This document shows, one piece after another, positions 1 to 11,269 of a stretch of 64,000 bases of DNA. The notes under the pieces were generated by a model, which made no database searches, was not told the origin of the DNA, and saw only the letters and a list, made by a program, of their open reading frames with translations. Location: the NCBI GenBank assembly GCA_963761195.1, contig CAVXGA010000018.1, positions 7,285 to 71,284 on the forward strand, read 5' to 3'. Both the position numbers and the translations under genes were made by a program. The DNA is from an uncultured Bacteroidales bacterium. Its GTDB lineage: Bacteria; Bacteroidota; Bacteroidia; Bacteroidales; JAADJA01. How positions within the stretch are numbered: the stretch's first letter is position 1; every line of letters begins with the position of its first letter.

Positions 1-1444
1 CTCGTGAAAGTGCATTTTCCGTCTGAAATCCGTCATCCGGCCAACCTTTCAAATCTTTTCTTGCTACCGCTGCATAAAAGGTATATAGAGGATTGATGTC
101 TTCGATCGGAAAATCCGTGCCAAGCGGTTCCCACCCGTTTTCATCCAATAGTTCTTTATAAGCATATGCGCCTTTTATCCGTTCCTGCCCTAACCTGTCC
201 TCAGCCCAGTACATATCAGAAGTAGCATGTGTTGGCTGAACCGACGGAATGATGGAATACTCGCCGAATAATTTAAAATCTTCAGGCGCAACTACCTGCG
301 CATGTTCGATGCGCCAACGCAAATCGTTTTTACCTTTTAAAAATTCCGAATACAGCTGAAGAACAAACCGGTTGGCACCGTCCCCAATGGCGTGCGTATT
401 TACCTGGTAATTGTATTGGAGGGCTATTTGGCAATATTTTTTATAAAAATCTTCCTTAAAAAGAAACAGTCCCATATTTCCAGGATCATCGGAATAGGGT
501 TCGATAAGCCTTGCACCTCTGGACCCTAATGCACCATCGGCATAGAGTTTTATAGATCGAACCGTCAATTTATCTGTTTGATAAGGACCTTTTTTTATGT
601 AATATTCAACGTTTTCCGAATTCGGTGTCAGCATCGCATTGATCCGCATTTTCAGGGAACCTTCATGCTGCAGTTCATCGATCAGTTTTACCGTATCCCT
701 ATCAAGTCCGGCATCTGTAACCGAAGTAAGGCCTACAGCAAAACAACTGTCCTGTGCAATCAGCAACGCTTTTTTTATAAATGCTTTATCCGGTTTAGAA
801 ATGATATTGTTGATGAGTTCCATTGCATTATCGAGCAGAAGCCCGGTAGGTTCTCCATTATGAACAAAAATTTCACCTCCATTTATTTTTGTATCTGCTG
901 TTATTCCGGCAATTTTAAGTGCCTTTGAATTGACAACTGCAGCATGTCCGTCAATCCGCACAAGGTATACAGGATTATTGGGAAAGGCTTTATCCAGTAA
1001 TATTTTGGTCGGAAATTCTTTGACCTTCCAGTCATTCTGGTCCCAGCCCCGTCCTTCGATCCATTCCGTCTCATATTTTTTATGATGCTACTGTAATTTT
1101 TCAATAACTTCTTCGAATGATTTTGTTCCAACCAGATTAACCCTTTTTAACAGTCCATAACCGTAACTAAAAAAATGACAATGCGCATCATTGAATCCCG
1201 GATAAACCGGTTTTCCCTGTGCATCGAAAACTTCCGGTGATTGATAATGATTAAGAATATCCTTGTTTGATCCAACTGCTATGAATTTTCCTCCTTTTAC
1301 AGCAAAGGCCTGAACGGTATCGAATTTTTCATTTACCGTGTATACTTTCCCGTTTAAAACAATCAGGTCGGCTTTTTCTTTAATATTGCTGCAAGCGCTC
1401 ATAACAATAAAGGTTATTAAAGCTATTAAAATTCCATTCTTCAT
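1..1444 (-). pseudogene. Amidohydrolase 3 (YtcJ-like) lipoprotein, interrupted by one in-frame TAG at 1088-1090; runs off the left edge
   Basis: Signal peptide MKNG...MSAC and the motif PGFNDAHCH. The same frame continues past the TAG with GRGWDQNDW, RIDGHA, KLYADGALGSRGA, THAIGD, RIEHAQ and GTDFP. Confidence 0.85.
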
Positions 1445-1544
1445 AATCACCGGTTTTAAGCAAAAATAAGAAGAAATCATGACTCGCAACATTTCAATAT
1501 AAAGATCCGATCTTATTCATTACTCATAAATTACAGGAATTGTG

Positions 1545-1552
1545 TATTTTTG
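1545..1552 (+). promoter_or_regulatory. Bacteroidota sigma-A -7 element for rnpB
   Basis: TATTTTTG matches TAnnTTTG, a few nt upstream of the RNase P P1 helix. Confidence 0.65.
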
Positions 1553-1558
1553 CATGTG

Positions 1559-1980
1559 TATTAACAGCCTGTTCTATCGCTCCGGGTAATTCCGGGGAGG
1601 AAAGTCGGGACAACACAGAGCACCGTACTTCCTAACGGGAAGGTCCCGCTAAATGCGGGAACAGCAAGTGCCACAGAAAATTACTTCCCTGCAAATGCGG
1701 GGTAAAGGTGAAAATGTGAGGTAAGAGCTCACGTCCTGTTTTGGTGACAAAACAGGAGGGTAAACCTTACGGGTTGAAAGGCCATGTATATTCCGAATGT
1801 TTCTTCCTTTTCAGCAAAGTCTGGCCTTGAAGGAACAATTAAGTTGCTCGCTTAAATGTCTTTTCAGACAATCGGAAGGGGTTGGCTGCTAGATCATGTC
1901 AGTGATGACATGAGCAGAGAAATGATAGATACTCCGGATTATTTCCGGAGAACAGAATCCCGCTTACAGGGCTGTTAATA
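1559..1980 (+). ncRNA. rnpB: RNase P RNA (bacterial type A)
   Basis: Conserved GAGGAAAGTC..GA at 1597-1610, AGTGCCACAGAAA, GGTGAAA..GGTAAGAGC, GGTAAACC and ACAGAATCCCGCTTA at 1952-1966. The ends TATTAACAGCC and GGCTGTTAATA pair as P1. Confidence 0.95.
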
Positions 1981-2019
1981 CTTTTTAAGGATTTTATTGT
2001 TTAAACCGGTAAATGAATC

Positions 2020-4470
2020 TCAGTTTATGATGACCGGATTTTTCACTTTCTCTTTCAACAATGCATAATCCACAACCTCTATCATTTGGTCAACGTAATG
2101 GAATTCAAGACCTTCCCGATAGATATCACGGATATCCTCAATATCTTTTTTATTTTCGACTGAAAGGATGATATCCTTTATTTTTGCTCTCTTGGCAGCC
2201 AAAATTTTCTCCTTTACTCCACCTACAGGTAATACTTTACCCCTCAGCGTTATTTCGCCGGTCATAGCCAGTTTTGCGCGAACTTTACGCTGCGTAAAAG
2301 CAGATGCCAATGCTGTAAACATGGTTACACCAGCTGAAGGACCATCTTTTGGCGTAGCTCCTTCAGGCACATGGATATGAACGTTCCATTTCTGAAACAC
2401 ATCCGGATCAAGATCCAGATATTGAGTGTGTGATTTCAGGTATTCGAGTGCAATGGTGGCTGATTCCTTCATAACATCACCCAAATTCCCTGTAAGCGTA
2501 AGAGTTCCTTTTCCCTTGCTGAGACTGACTTCGATAAACAAAATTTCTCCTCCCACTGACGTCCAGGCTAAACCCGTCACAACACCGGCCACTTCATTTG
2601 ATAAACCTTTTTCCCGCTGAAATCGCGGAGGACCTAAAATTTTTAAAAGATCGGCATTATTGATCTTTTTTAGATAATCCTCGCCTTCGACAATATGTTT
2701 AACTTTTTTTCGAATGGTTGTTGCAATATTCTTTTCAAGTGTTCGCACCCCGGCTTCCCGGGTATAATCTTCAATGATCTTTTCAATAATATCTTTACTA
2801 AATTGCAACTGACTCTTCTTCACACCATGTTCCGCCAACTGTTTTGGAATCAGGTGACGCTTCGCTATTTCTATTTTTTCTTCAAGCAGATAGCCACTGA
2901 TATCGATGACTTCCATCCTGTCAACCAGTGCCGGATGTATAGTACTTAATGTATTTGCTGTGGCTATAAACATCACTTTTGAAAGATCGTAATCAACCTC
3001 AAGGAAGTTATCGTGGAAAGCAATGTTCTGCTCCGGGTCAAGTATTTCAAGTAATGCGGCCTGCGGATCACCACTCACATTTGCGCCCAATACTTTATCT
3101 ACTTCATCCAAAACAAATACAGGATTGGATGATTTTACTTTTTTCAGACTTTGTAAAATTCTGCCCGGCATAGCACCAATGTATGTCTTTCTGTGTCCAC
3201 GTAATTCTGCTTCATCCCTTACCCCTCCCAGCGACATTCGGATATATTTACGATTCAGAGCCCGTGCAATGGATTTCCCAAGGGATGTTTTACCGACTCC
3301 CGGAGGTCCAACCAGGCAAAGTATCGGTGATTTCAAATCATTTTTTAGCTTGATCACAGCAAGATGTTCAACAATTCGCTCTTTTACCTTTTCCAGGCCA
3401 TAATGATCTTCGTCTAAAATTTTTTCAGCACGTCTTAAGTCAAAATTATCCTTAGTGTATTCATTCCAGGGTAAATCAACGAAAAATTCAAGGTAATTCA
3501 GTTGCACAGAATAATCGGCTGCCTGCGTATTCATTCGCTGAAGCTTTTCCATTTCTTTTAGAAAAGTCTCTTTCGAATCTTTCGACCACTTTTTTTTCTC
3601 TGCTTTTTGTCGTAATTCTTTGATATCCTGAGTACCGGGAGCATCTCCGAGCTCTTCCTGAATCGTCTTTAATTGTTGGTGTAAAAAAAAGTCGCGCTGC
3701 TGTTTATCGAGATCTACTTTTACTTTATTCTGAATTTGAGCCTTTAATTCAAGCATTTGCAATTCCCTCGTCAACGCTGATAAAACCTGTTGCGCCCGGG
3801 CGTGAAAATCAGAAATTTCAAGTAGTTTTTGCTTTTCCTTAATTTCGATATTCAGGTTAGAGGATACGAAGTTCACTAGAAATACGGGACTCTCAATATT
3901 TCGGATGGCAAAAGCGGCGTCGGAAGGAATATTTGGTGATTGTTTTATAATCTGGATTGACAGATCTTTCAGAGATGCAATTAAAGCGTTAAATGCTTTG
4001 TTCTTTTCAAGATTTTCAATTTTATCAAACTCGGAAATTCTGGCCTTGAAATAAGGTTCGGTTTGAACGAGGTTTTGCAATTCAAATCTTTTTTTCCCCT
4101 GGATGATAACAGTGGTATTCCCATCAGGCATTTGCAGAATTTTAATAATATTTGCAACGGTTCCAATCCTGTTCAGATCTTCTATTTCAGGTTCTTCAAC
4201 ATCTGCATCTATCTGTGCTACCACACCTATCAGTTTTTTATCCTTATAGGCATCTTTTATGAGTTTGATTGATTTATCTCTTCCTACTGTAATTGGGATT
4301 ACCACACCCGGAAACAATACCGTATTCCGTAATGGCAAAATGGGAAGGATTTCAGGTATTTTTTCTGCTTTGATAAGCTCCTCATCCTCTGAAGATAATA
4401 ATGGTATGAATTCTGTGTCGCTATCAAGCATGTCAGAAATCATAAAAATATTTTGATCCGTATTTTTCAT
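2020..4470 (-). CDS. lon: Lon ATP-dependent protease
   Basis: LON N-domain, Walker A GPPGVGKTS, Walker B VLDEVDK, catalytic PKDGPSAG and KEK. Confidence 0.98.
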   Translation of the reverse strand: MKNTDQNIFMISDMLDSDTEFIPLLSSEDEELIKAEKIPEILPILPLRNTVLFPGVVIPITVGRDKSIKLIKDAYKDKKLIGVVAQIDADVEEPEIEDLNRIGTVANIIKILQMPDGNTTVIIQGKKRFELQNLVQTEPYFKARISEFDKIENLEKNKAFNALIASLKDLSIQIIKQSPNIPSDAAFAIRNIESPVFLVNFVSSNLNIEIKEKQKLLEISDFHARAQQVLSALTRELQMLELKAQIQNKVKVDLDKQQRDFFLHQQLKTIQEELGDAPGTQDIKELRQKAEKKKWSKDSKETFLKEMEKLQRMNTQAADYSVQLNYLEFFVDLPWNEYTKDNFDLRRAEKILDEDHYGLEKVKERIVEHLAVIKLKNDLKSPILCLVGPPGVGKTSLGKSIARALNRKYIRMSLGGVRDEAELRGHRKTYIGAMPGRILQSLKKVKSSNPVFVLDEVDKVLGANVSGDPQAALLEILDPEQNIAFHDNFLEVDYDLSKVMFIATANTLSTIHPALVDRMEVIDISGYLLEEKIEIAKRHLIPKQLAEHGVKKSQLQFSKDIIEKIIEDYTREAGVRTLEKNIATTIRKKVKHIVEGEDYLKKINNADLLKILGPPRFQREKGLSNEVAGVVTGLAWTSVGGEILFIEVSLSKGKGTLTLTGNLGDVMKESATIALEYLKSHTQYLDLDPDVFQKWNVHIHVPEGATPKDGPSAGVTMFTALASAFTQRKVRAKLAMTGEITLRGKVLPVGGVKEKILAAKRAKIKDIILSVENKKDIEDIRDIYREGLEFHYVDQMIEVVDYALLKEKVKNPVIIN

Positions 4471-4635
4471 AATCAATATTCAGTAAAAGTGACAGATTAT
4501 TTGTTTTTAAAGCAAATAATCGGTTATTTTGACCTGTTGTCTTTTAATTAACACATTATATTTCAGTATTTTGCTTTATTACCTGAAATTTAAATATGCC
4601 CGGACTTATTGTTGACAATATACATGCCAAATGGG

Positions 4636-5823
4636 TCAAAGGTTACGGTTGGAGGCAGTGACGTCGTACACATTAACCAGAATTTCTTTTTCCGTTTCAT
4701 CAAATACTTTATCACGACGCTTGTAAACCGCCTCGGCGACCTGGAGGGCTTTTTTAATATCATAAATTTTAAATCCGGAAGTACCACCCCATGAGAAGGA
4801 AGGAATAAAATTGCGTTGAAATCCTGAACCGAAAACATTCACATTTACACCAACTACCGATCCGGTGTTAAACATTGTATTTATTCCTGTTTTCGTATGA
4901 TCGCCCATGATGGTACCGCAAAATTGCAAGCCTGTGTCTACAAATGATTTTTGAGGATAATTCCAGATTTTAACGGTATCGTATGAATTTTTCAGATTTG
5001 AGTTGTTCGTGTCAGCACCGATATTGCACCATTCACCAATTACAGAATTGCCAATGAAGCCATCATGCACTTTATTCGAATATCCGAAAAATACCGAATT
5101 ATTTACCTCACCTCCAATCTTGCAATAAGGGCCAAACGTTGTTGGACCATAAATTTTTGCAGACATTTTCACAACAGCATGATCGCACATGGCAAAAGGT
5201 CCACGGATGACTGCATTCTCCATAATTTCAGCATCTTTGCCAATATAAATAGGGCCGGTAGACGCATTTAAAATTGTAAATTCGACTTTTGCACCTTTTT
5301 CGATAAAAATATTCTTTTCATTTACTACTCTGTTTGTATCACTGATTTTCTGACTCTTTCTTCCGTGTGTGAGTAATTTGTAATCATGGAGTATGGCTTC
5401 TTCGTTTTTACTAAAGATTTCCCAAACATCATTTATTTTCATGAATTCATTCTCGGTATCCGTTTCTTCAATATTCGAAATATCCATTTCACCTGATTCA
5501 TCCAAATCCTCCTCTTTAATATGCAATGCGATAATAAATTCATCGGTAACCAGGGCGTGATTTGGTTGCAGGTTATTGATCTCCTTCACCAAGTCCTGAT
5601 TTGGACATACTGAGCCATTGATTAAAATATTATTTTCTGCTTTTACGATCGGGTATTTGATACTAAGATATGATTCGGTCAAAGTAGACGTTTTTGCCTT
5701 CAGATAAATTTCCCATTTTTCCCTTATGGTAAGAATTCCGATCCTGATATCTGCCACAGGCCGCATAAATGTTAATGGGAGAAGGTTATTTCTGCTTTGA
5801 TCATCAAACATTATGTAATTCAT
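4636..5823 (-). CDS. Bacteroidota GlmU-like sugar nucleotidyltransferase/hexapeptide-repeat acetyltransferase family protein
   Basis: N-terminal LLPLTFMRPVADIRIGILTIREKW; C-terminal left-handed beta-helix (NKVHDGFIGNSVIGEWCNIGA). Confidence 0.85.
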   Translation of the reverse strand: MNYIMFDDQSRNNLLPLTFMRPVADIRIGILTIREKWEIYLKAKTSTLTESYLSIKYPIVKAENNILINGSVCPNQDLVKEINNLQPNHALVTDEFIIALHIKEEDLDESGEMDISNIEETDTENEFMKINDVWEIFSKNEEAILHDYKLLTHGRKSQKISDTNRVVNEKNIFIEKGAKVEFTILNASTGPIYIGKDAEIMENAVIRGPFAMCDHAVVKMSAKIYGPTTFGPYCKIGGEVNNSVFFGYSNKVHDGFIGNSVIGEWCNIGADTNNSNLKNSYDTVKIWNYPQKSFVDTGLQFCGTIMGDHTKTGINTMFNTGSVVGVNVNVFGSGFQRNFIPSFSWGGTSGFKIYDIKKALQVAEAVYKRRDKVFDETEKEILVNVYDVTASNRNL

Positions 5824-5923
5824 AAATTAGTTCTGGTATTAGTATTAAATGAAAAATTAATATTTAATCAGACAATAATACAAAAAATATCGAATAAAGT
5901 TTTATTTGTTCTGCTAATTTTAT

Positions 5924-5959
5924 AAAAAAAGCCCTAATCAGTGGATAAGGGCTTTTTTT
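5924..5959 (-). terminator. Rho-independent terminator after rpmE2 (T-tracts on both strands)
   Basis: AAAAAAAGCCCT...AGGGCTTTTTTT inverted repeat. Confidence 0.8.
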
Positions 5960-5984
5960 CACTATAAAGTTAATGATAATCAGC

Positions 5985-6251
5985 TTATTGCTTATTTTTA
6001 TCAAGGTGTTTTTGATACCTGCTTTTGAACTTATCAACACGTCCGGCAGTATCAACCAATTTCATTTTACCTGTAAAGAATGGATGCGAAGTATGAGAAA
6101 TTTCAAGTTTTACCAGAGGGTACTCTTTTCCATCTTCCCATTGAATCGACTCTCTTGTTTTGACAGTAGATCGTGTAATAAATGTATAATCATTCGACAT
6201 ATCTTTAAAAACAACGAACCTGTAATCTTTTGGATGAATATCTTTCTTCAT
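5985..6251 (-). CDS. rpmE2: 50S ribosomal protein L31 type B
   Basis: [33 protein letters not shown]; no CxxC; TACTTTTG promoter element at 6281-6288 (-). Confidence 0.97.
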   Translation of the reverse strand: MKKDIHPKDYRFVVFKDMSNDYTFITRSTVKTRESIQWEDGKEYPLVKLEISHTSHPFFTGKMKLVDTAGRVDKFKSRYQKHLDKNKQ

Positions 6252-6326
6252 TATAATACAACTTTTAATTTTCGGGAGTGCAAAAGTATAATTATCCTGG
6301 CAAAAAACAAAATTTGTTAATTTATT

Positions 6327-6812
6327 TTAATTGATAAAATAATGAAAATATAAAATTCCTAAAACCGAAATCAAGATAATAGCGATTATTACAATGATCT
6401 GAAATCTTATTATAGAGCGGCTTTTTGCCCTTCTGTCGTTTTCTTCCGATATCTTTTTAAGCAAATGACGAATTCTGATAAAAGCGGTGTCCCCTTTTAC
6501 TATATAATCGTAGGCTCCGTTACGCATGGTATCGACAGCAATATTTACATCATCTGACCCGGTGAGAAAAATAACCTGTGTATCAGGAAATCTCTTTTTC
6601 AGTTTCTTTAAAATATCCATACCTGTCAAATCCTTTTCAAGAAAATAATCAAGTAGTGCAATATCCGGCTTGGAATTCAGATTTTGCATTGCATCTCTTC
6701 CGGTTGAAAATGCCTTGACATTTGTATATCCCATTTTTTCCAGCTCCTTGGTTATCAGGTTCAGATATAGGATATCATCCTCAACTATGAATATTGTTTC
6801 TGCTCGTGCCAT
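6327..6812 (-). CDS. Response-regulator receiver protein with C-terminal membrane anchor
   Basis: IVEDD, LLD (phospho-Asp), FLT and GAYDYIVK motifs; hydrophobic C-terminal helix; no DNA-binding domain. Confidence 0.85.
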   Translation of the reverse strand: MARAETIFIVEDDILYLNLITKELEKMGYTNVKAFSTGRDAMQNLNSKPDIALLDYFLEKDLTGMDILKKLKKRFPDTQVIFLTGSDDVNIAVDTMRNGAYDYIVKGDTAFIRIRHLLKKISEENDRRAKSRSIIRFQIIVIIAIILISVLGILYFHYFIN

Positions 6813-6885
6813 TTGTCAATTTTACTCAGATAATATGTTGTTTAATGCGAATATTTCTTTTTAAACTGATTTTTGTAAAGAGGGT

Positions 6886-8562
6886 TCAACCCCTCTTAAC
6901 AAAAGTACTTACTATTTCCTTATTGTCCGCTTTAATCTTCACAAAATAAACACCCGGTGGAAGCCTGTCAATTTTGATTTCATTGTTTTGTGAAGATCGA
7001 TTAACATCAATTTCTTTAACAGGTTGTCCTAAAAAATTAAAGAAGGAAATGCTATAATCCTGAGGATCAAAATTAATAAATCTTATGTTTACAATTTCAT
7101 CCGCTGGATTGGGAAATATCGTACAACTTATTCCATCTTTCACTTTGTGATAAGCTACATTAACAGAAGTGCCATTTAAAAAAGTTACACCCGTATTATC
7201 CGGATCAAGCCATGGCTTTAATTGCGTTGTATCCTCCGTGCCGTTCGATTGCCAGTGGTATGAAAATTTGCCATAATAATCAGGAAGTGTTTGAGTATTA
7301 CATGTAGCCTGTCCTCCTGTGAGGGTTCCGATAATTCTTCCGTCAGAATCAAAAAGAGGTGAGCCTGACGAACCACCTTCAGTAACCCCCCAATTATTAA
7401 AAGTTTGTGACCAAAATACTTTCCAGTGCGATGGTAACCCATTGGAATTCCAGCTTGACGTTACAGGAACTACTGTGTAGGTAGATATTTTTTTAATATC
7501 TCCTTCGGGATGATGAATGGTAACACCGCTGGAACCGGGTGAATTGGTTAATGTCCATCCGTTAAAAAAAGGATGATAAGATGATGGCACGGGTTGTTTA
7601 AGCACTAAAAGAAAGAAATCTGAACCGTCATTTCCCCGGTGACCTCCACTTGCGACTTTAGTAGCCCCTGTAAGTGAAAAAAGCTGTGGTTCGGTTAACG
7701 GATTTTCACAGGCAGGAGATTCATAATTAAAATAAAATACCCATTGGCTGATGTCATCAGTTGAGGCATAATGAGAATTCTGAAAAGCACAATGATCAGC
7801 CGTTAGCAAATAAGGTGTCTCATCATTTCTTACATTATTTACCAGTGATCCTGTGCACCAGTATTCCGACTTTCCTACTTTAACTTTTATCCGTACCACT
7901 CCCCTTTTCTCATTCTGCCAGTTATCACCTTCCGGTGAGCAATTCACGTTAACTTCGCAAGGATCGGAACCTCCAAATCCTTTACCGTAAAAATATTGTG
8001 GAATATCACGATATCCATATCCCAATTCAGATATATTTATAGAAATTGAGTCATTATTATATTCAGGAACATCGAGTTCTACAGTAACTGCATCGCCATA
8101 AATCATTTCGGTAGCGAAAAGCCGGCTTACGTCGTTATTCATAAACGTAAAAGCACCCTTAACCTGTTGATTGTTCTCATCATACAAAAACATCCTGACA
8201 CCCTCTGGCAGATAAAATTTGTTAAAATACAAGCTTATCGCAAGAGCTCCTTCTGACTTGATGCTAAGTCTCCAAATCCGTCCACCCGCTTTCAAATTCT
8301 CCCATGTACCTGCATTATACGGATTTAATCCAACAGGAATAATTTCACCAATTCGTCTTGGTAGTGAATTCTCGTCATTGATTTTATCTTCCTCGGTCAA
8401 AACTGATTGATCGGGCGGATTGATGGAGACTTCCTGGCAATTAACCATAAAGTGCTTATTTTCAAAACTTTCCGGTAATCCTCCGGCACTAACTTGTGCA
8501 CTTAACACGTGTGGGATAAAGAACAGGAGAAGGATATATATATAAATAAAGTATGCTTTCAT
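6886..8562 (-). CDS. T9SS-secreted lysyl endopeptidase-like (trypsin-fold) serine protease
   Basis: Signal peptide; triad motifs LTADHC, SDFFLL and GGSSGSPLF; CTD IFPNP...GVYFVKI. Confidence 0.9.
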   Translation of the reverse strand: MKAYFIYIYILLLFFIPHVLSAQVSAGGLPESFENKHFMVNCQEVSINPPDQSVLTEEDKINDENSLPRRIGEIIPVGLNPYNAGTWENLKAGGRIWRLSIKSEGALAISLYFNKFYLPEGVRMFLYDENNQQVKGAFTFMNNDVSRLFATEMIYGDAVTVELDVPEYNNDSISINISELGYGYRDIPQYFYGKGFGGSDPCEVNVNCSPEGDNWQNEKRGVVRIKVKVGKSEYWCTGSLVNNVRNDETPYLLTADHCAFQNSHYASTDDISQWVFYFNYESPACENPLTEPQLFSLTGATKVASGGHRGNDGSDFFLLVLKQPVPSSYHPFFNGWTLTNSPGSSGVTIHHPEGDIKKISTYTVVPVTSSWNSNGLPSHWKVFWSQTFNNWGVTEGGSSGSPLFDSDGRIIGTLTGGQATCNTQTLPDYYGKFSYHWQSNGTEDTTQLKPWLDPDNTGVTFLNGTSVNVAYHKVKDGISCTIFPNPADEIVNIRFINFDPQDYSISFFNFLGQPVKEIDVNRSSQNNEIKIDRLPPGVYFVKIKADNKEIVSTFVKRG

Positions 8563-8736
8563 TTTAATTAAATTTTACATCGACCATCTTACAGGTTCAA
8601 CAAATGCGGCAACTTCTAAATTGTTCCAAAAGTAAGAATTTTCAATTGATCATGTTTTGAACCACATGTAATTTTAAACTATTTGCTAACAACATTTTAT
8701 TGTAATTTTGTCGTTGATTTTTAATGGAACACATGT

Positions 8737-9811
8737 ATGTTAGAAAAGTTAAATGCTATATATAAACGGTGGAACGAGATTGCTGAACAAATTAATGATC
8801 CGGCTTTAATGTCGGATATGAAAAGATACGTCAAATTAAACAAAGATTACAAAGATTTACAACCTATTGTAAATGCTTATAAAGAATATAAAAATGTCCT
8901 TGAAAACATAACCTCAACGAAAGATTTGCTAAAAACCGAAAAAGATGAAGAGTTTAGGGAAATGGCCAAGGATGAATTGACAAAACTCAATGAACGAAGA
9001 GATGCGCTGGAAGAAGAAATAAGGATTATGCTCATTCCCGAGGATCCTGAAGACAGCAAAAATGCAATTATTGAAATAAGAGCAGGTACCGGTGGTGATG
9101 AAGCCAGCATTTTTGCCGGTGATCTGTATCGCATGTATTCCAAATTTTTTGAGGCTAAGCGATGGAAAATGGAACTTGTTCAAATGACTGAAGGGACTGT
9201 TGGCGGATTCAAGGAAATAATTTTTGAACTCAGAGGACAAAATGTTTACGGACAGATGAAATATGAATCGGGCGTTCACCGGGTTCAGCGTGTGCCAAAA
9301 ACAGAAACGCAGGGAAGAATCCATACTTCAGCTGCTTCAGTGGTGGTGTTGCCCGAAGCCGATGAATTTGATGTTGTAATTCTGCCAAATGACATCCGTA
9401 AGGACCTTTATTGTTCGTCAGGACCCGGAGGCCAATCAGTGAACACAACCTACTCTGCTGTAAGGCTGACGCATATTCCAACCGGTATTGTTGCAACCTG
9501 TCAGGATCAAAAATCACAAATTAAAAATTATGAAAAAGCATTATCTGTGCTTCGGACAAGGATTTATGAGCTTGAATATCAGAAATACCTGGATGAGGTT
9601 TCATCGAAACGTAAAACAATGGTTGCAACCGGTGACCGCTCGGCTAAGATAAGAACCTACAACTGGCCACAGGGACAGGGTAACCGATCACCGCATCAAC
9701 CTTACGCTTTACAACCTGCAATCGATCATCGACGGAAATATCCAGGAACTGATTGATCAATTGCAGCTTGCTGAAAATGCCGAACGACTTAAAGTAGAAA
9801 TCGGCTCATAA
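8737..9811 (+). CDS. prfA: Peptide chain release factor 1, with one extra base near 9675
   Basis: PKT (PxT) motif and GGQ. After RTYNWPQG, the shifted frame gives [14 protein letters not shown]...ERLKVEIGS* (TAA 9809-9811). TAATTTTG promoter element at 8703-8710. Confidence 0.95.
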
Positions 9812-9907
9812 AAAGTGAAAATTCTGATTATAGAAATAGCAAACACATAAATAATTCTTTCAGAAAGGTTTAGCTATTACATTACTTTTTTATAAAAAAT
9901 AAAAAGC

Positions 9908-10735
9908 ATGAACCGATCACAGCTTTTCAATCTTATTCAGCGCAAAAAGTCATTTCTATGTATAGGGCTGGATTCAGATATTTCCAAAATTCCGGCAAAA
10001 CTATTAAACCTTGAGGATCCCATCTTCGAATTTAATAGAGAAATCATTGATCATACACATTCATATTCAATTGCCTATAAACCTAACTTAGCCTTTTATG
10101 AAAGTCGGGGTCATGATGGCTGGGTAAGTCTGGAGCGAACCCTTGAGTATCTTAAACAGTTTGATGTTTTTACAATTGCTGATGCAAAGCGGGGTGACAT
10201 CGGCAATACATCTGCTCTTTACGCCAAATCATTTTTTGAACACCTGGATTTCGATGCCGTTACAGTAGCACCGTATATGGGAAGTGATTCAATAAAGCCT
10301 TTTCTTGTATATCCGGATAAATGGGCGATAGTACTTGCACTTACTTCAAACGCCGGAGCCTCCGATTTTCAATTGACAGAAAGTAAAAACTCTTCAAGAA
10401 AACTTTATGAAGAAGTACTTTATAAATCGATGGAATGGGGCTCGTTTGAAAACATAATGTATGTGGTAGGTGCAACAAAAGCTCAGTTGCTGCAAAGTAT
10501 AAGGAAAATAATACCCAACCATTTTCTTCTGGTGCCCGGTGTAGGTTCGCAGGGTGGCAGTCTTAAAGAAGTAGCAACGTTCGGGATGAATGGACAATGC
10601 GGCTTAATTGTAAACTCGTCCAGAGGGATAATCTATGCTTCGAACGATGATGATTATGGGAAAGTTGCCGGGCAGAAAGCGAAAGAGTTACAACTTGAAA
10701 TGGAAAGCCTTCTTAAGGTGAATAAATTAATCTGA
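9908..10735 (+). CDS. pyrF: Orotidine-5'-phosphate decarboxylase
   Basis: [44 protein letters not shown]. Confidence 0.96.
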   Translation: MNRSQLFNLIQRKKSFLCIGLDSDISKIPAKLLNLEDPIFEFNREIIDHTHSYSIAYKPNLAFYESRGHDGWVSLERTLEYLKQFDVFTIADAKRGDIGNTSALYAKSFFEHLDFDAVTVAPYMGSDSIKPFLVYPDKWAIVLALTSNAGASDFQLTESKNSSRKLYEEVLYKSMEWGSFENIMYVVGATKAQLLQSIRKIIPNHFLLVPGVGSQGGSLKEVATFGMNGQCGLIVNSSRGIIYASNDDDYGKVAGQKAKELQLEMESLLKVNKLI

Positions 10736-10736
10736 A

Positions 10737-11246
10737 ATGACCCGCACATCAAAATTTTGGATCGAATACCTTCAACTTTCAAAACATCCTGAAGGGGGTT
10801 ATTTCAAGGAAATATACAGATCAAACGAATTCATCCATAAAAAAAGCTTACCAGACAGGTATACCAGTTTTCGCTCCTTTTCGACTTCTATTTATTATTT
10901 GCTCGAAAGTTCTGAGTTCTCAGCATTTCATCGCTTAAAATCGGATGAAATCTGGCATTTTTATGAAGGTTCAGCCATCACCATCTATGTTATTATTCCA
11001 GGTGGAGAATTTAGAAAATTAAATCTTGGGAGTCAACCCGAAAATGGTGAGATTTTCCAAGTACTTATTCCCAAAGGGTGCTGGTTTGCAGCTCATGTAA
11101 ACGAACCCGGTTCCTTTGCATTAGTAGGTTGCTCCGTTTCTCCGGGTTTCGATTTCGAAGATATTGAATTAGGGAATCGGGAAAAGCTTTTAAAGCAGTT
11201 TCCCCAGCATTCTGAATTGATTAAGAAATTTACAAATATCGACTGA
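10737..11246 (+). CDS. Cupin superfamily protein (DUF985)
   Basis: HPEGGYFKE, TSIYYLL, FHRLKSDEIWHFY, VSPGFDFED. Confidence 0.92.
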   Translation: MTRTSKFWIEYLQLSKHPEGGYFKEIYRSNEFIHKKSLPDRYTSFRSFSTSIYYLLESSEFSAFHRLKSDEIWHFYEGSAITIYVIIPGGEFRKLNLGSQPENGEIFQVLIPKGCWFAAHVNEPGSFALVGCSVSPGFDFEDIELGNREKLLKQFPQHSELIKKFTNID

Positions 11247-11269
11247 TGGCAGAAATTGAACTATTCAAT

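Noticed and set aside
9660-9690. Programmed autoregulatory frameshift in a release factor gene
   Set aside because: That mechanism belongs to prfB (CTT-TGA near the 5' end). This gene is RF1 (PxT motif), and the lesion is near the 3' end with no slippery stop.
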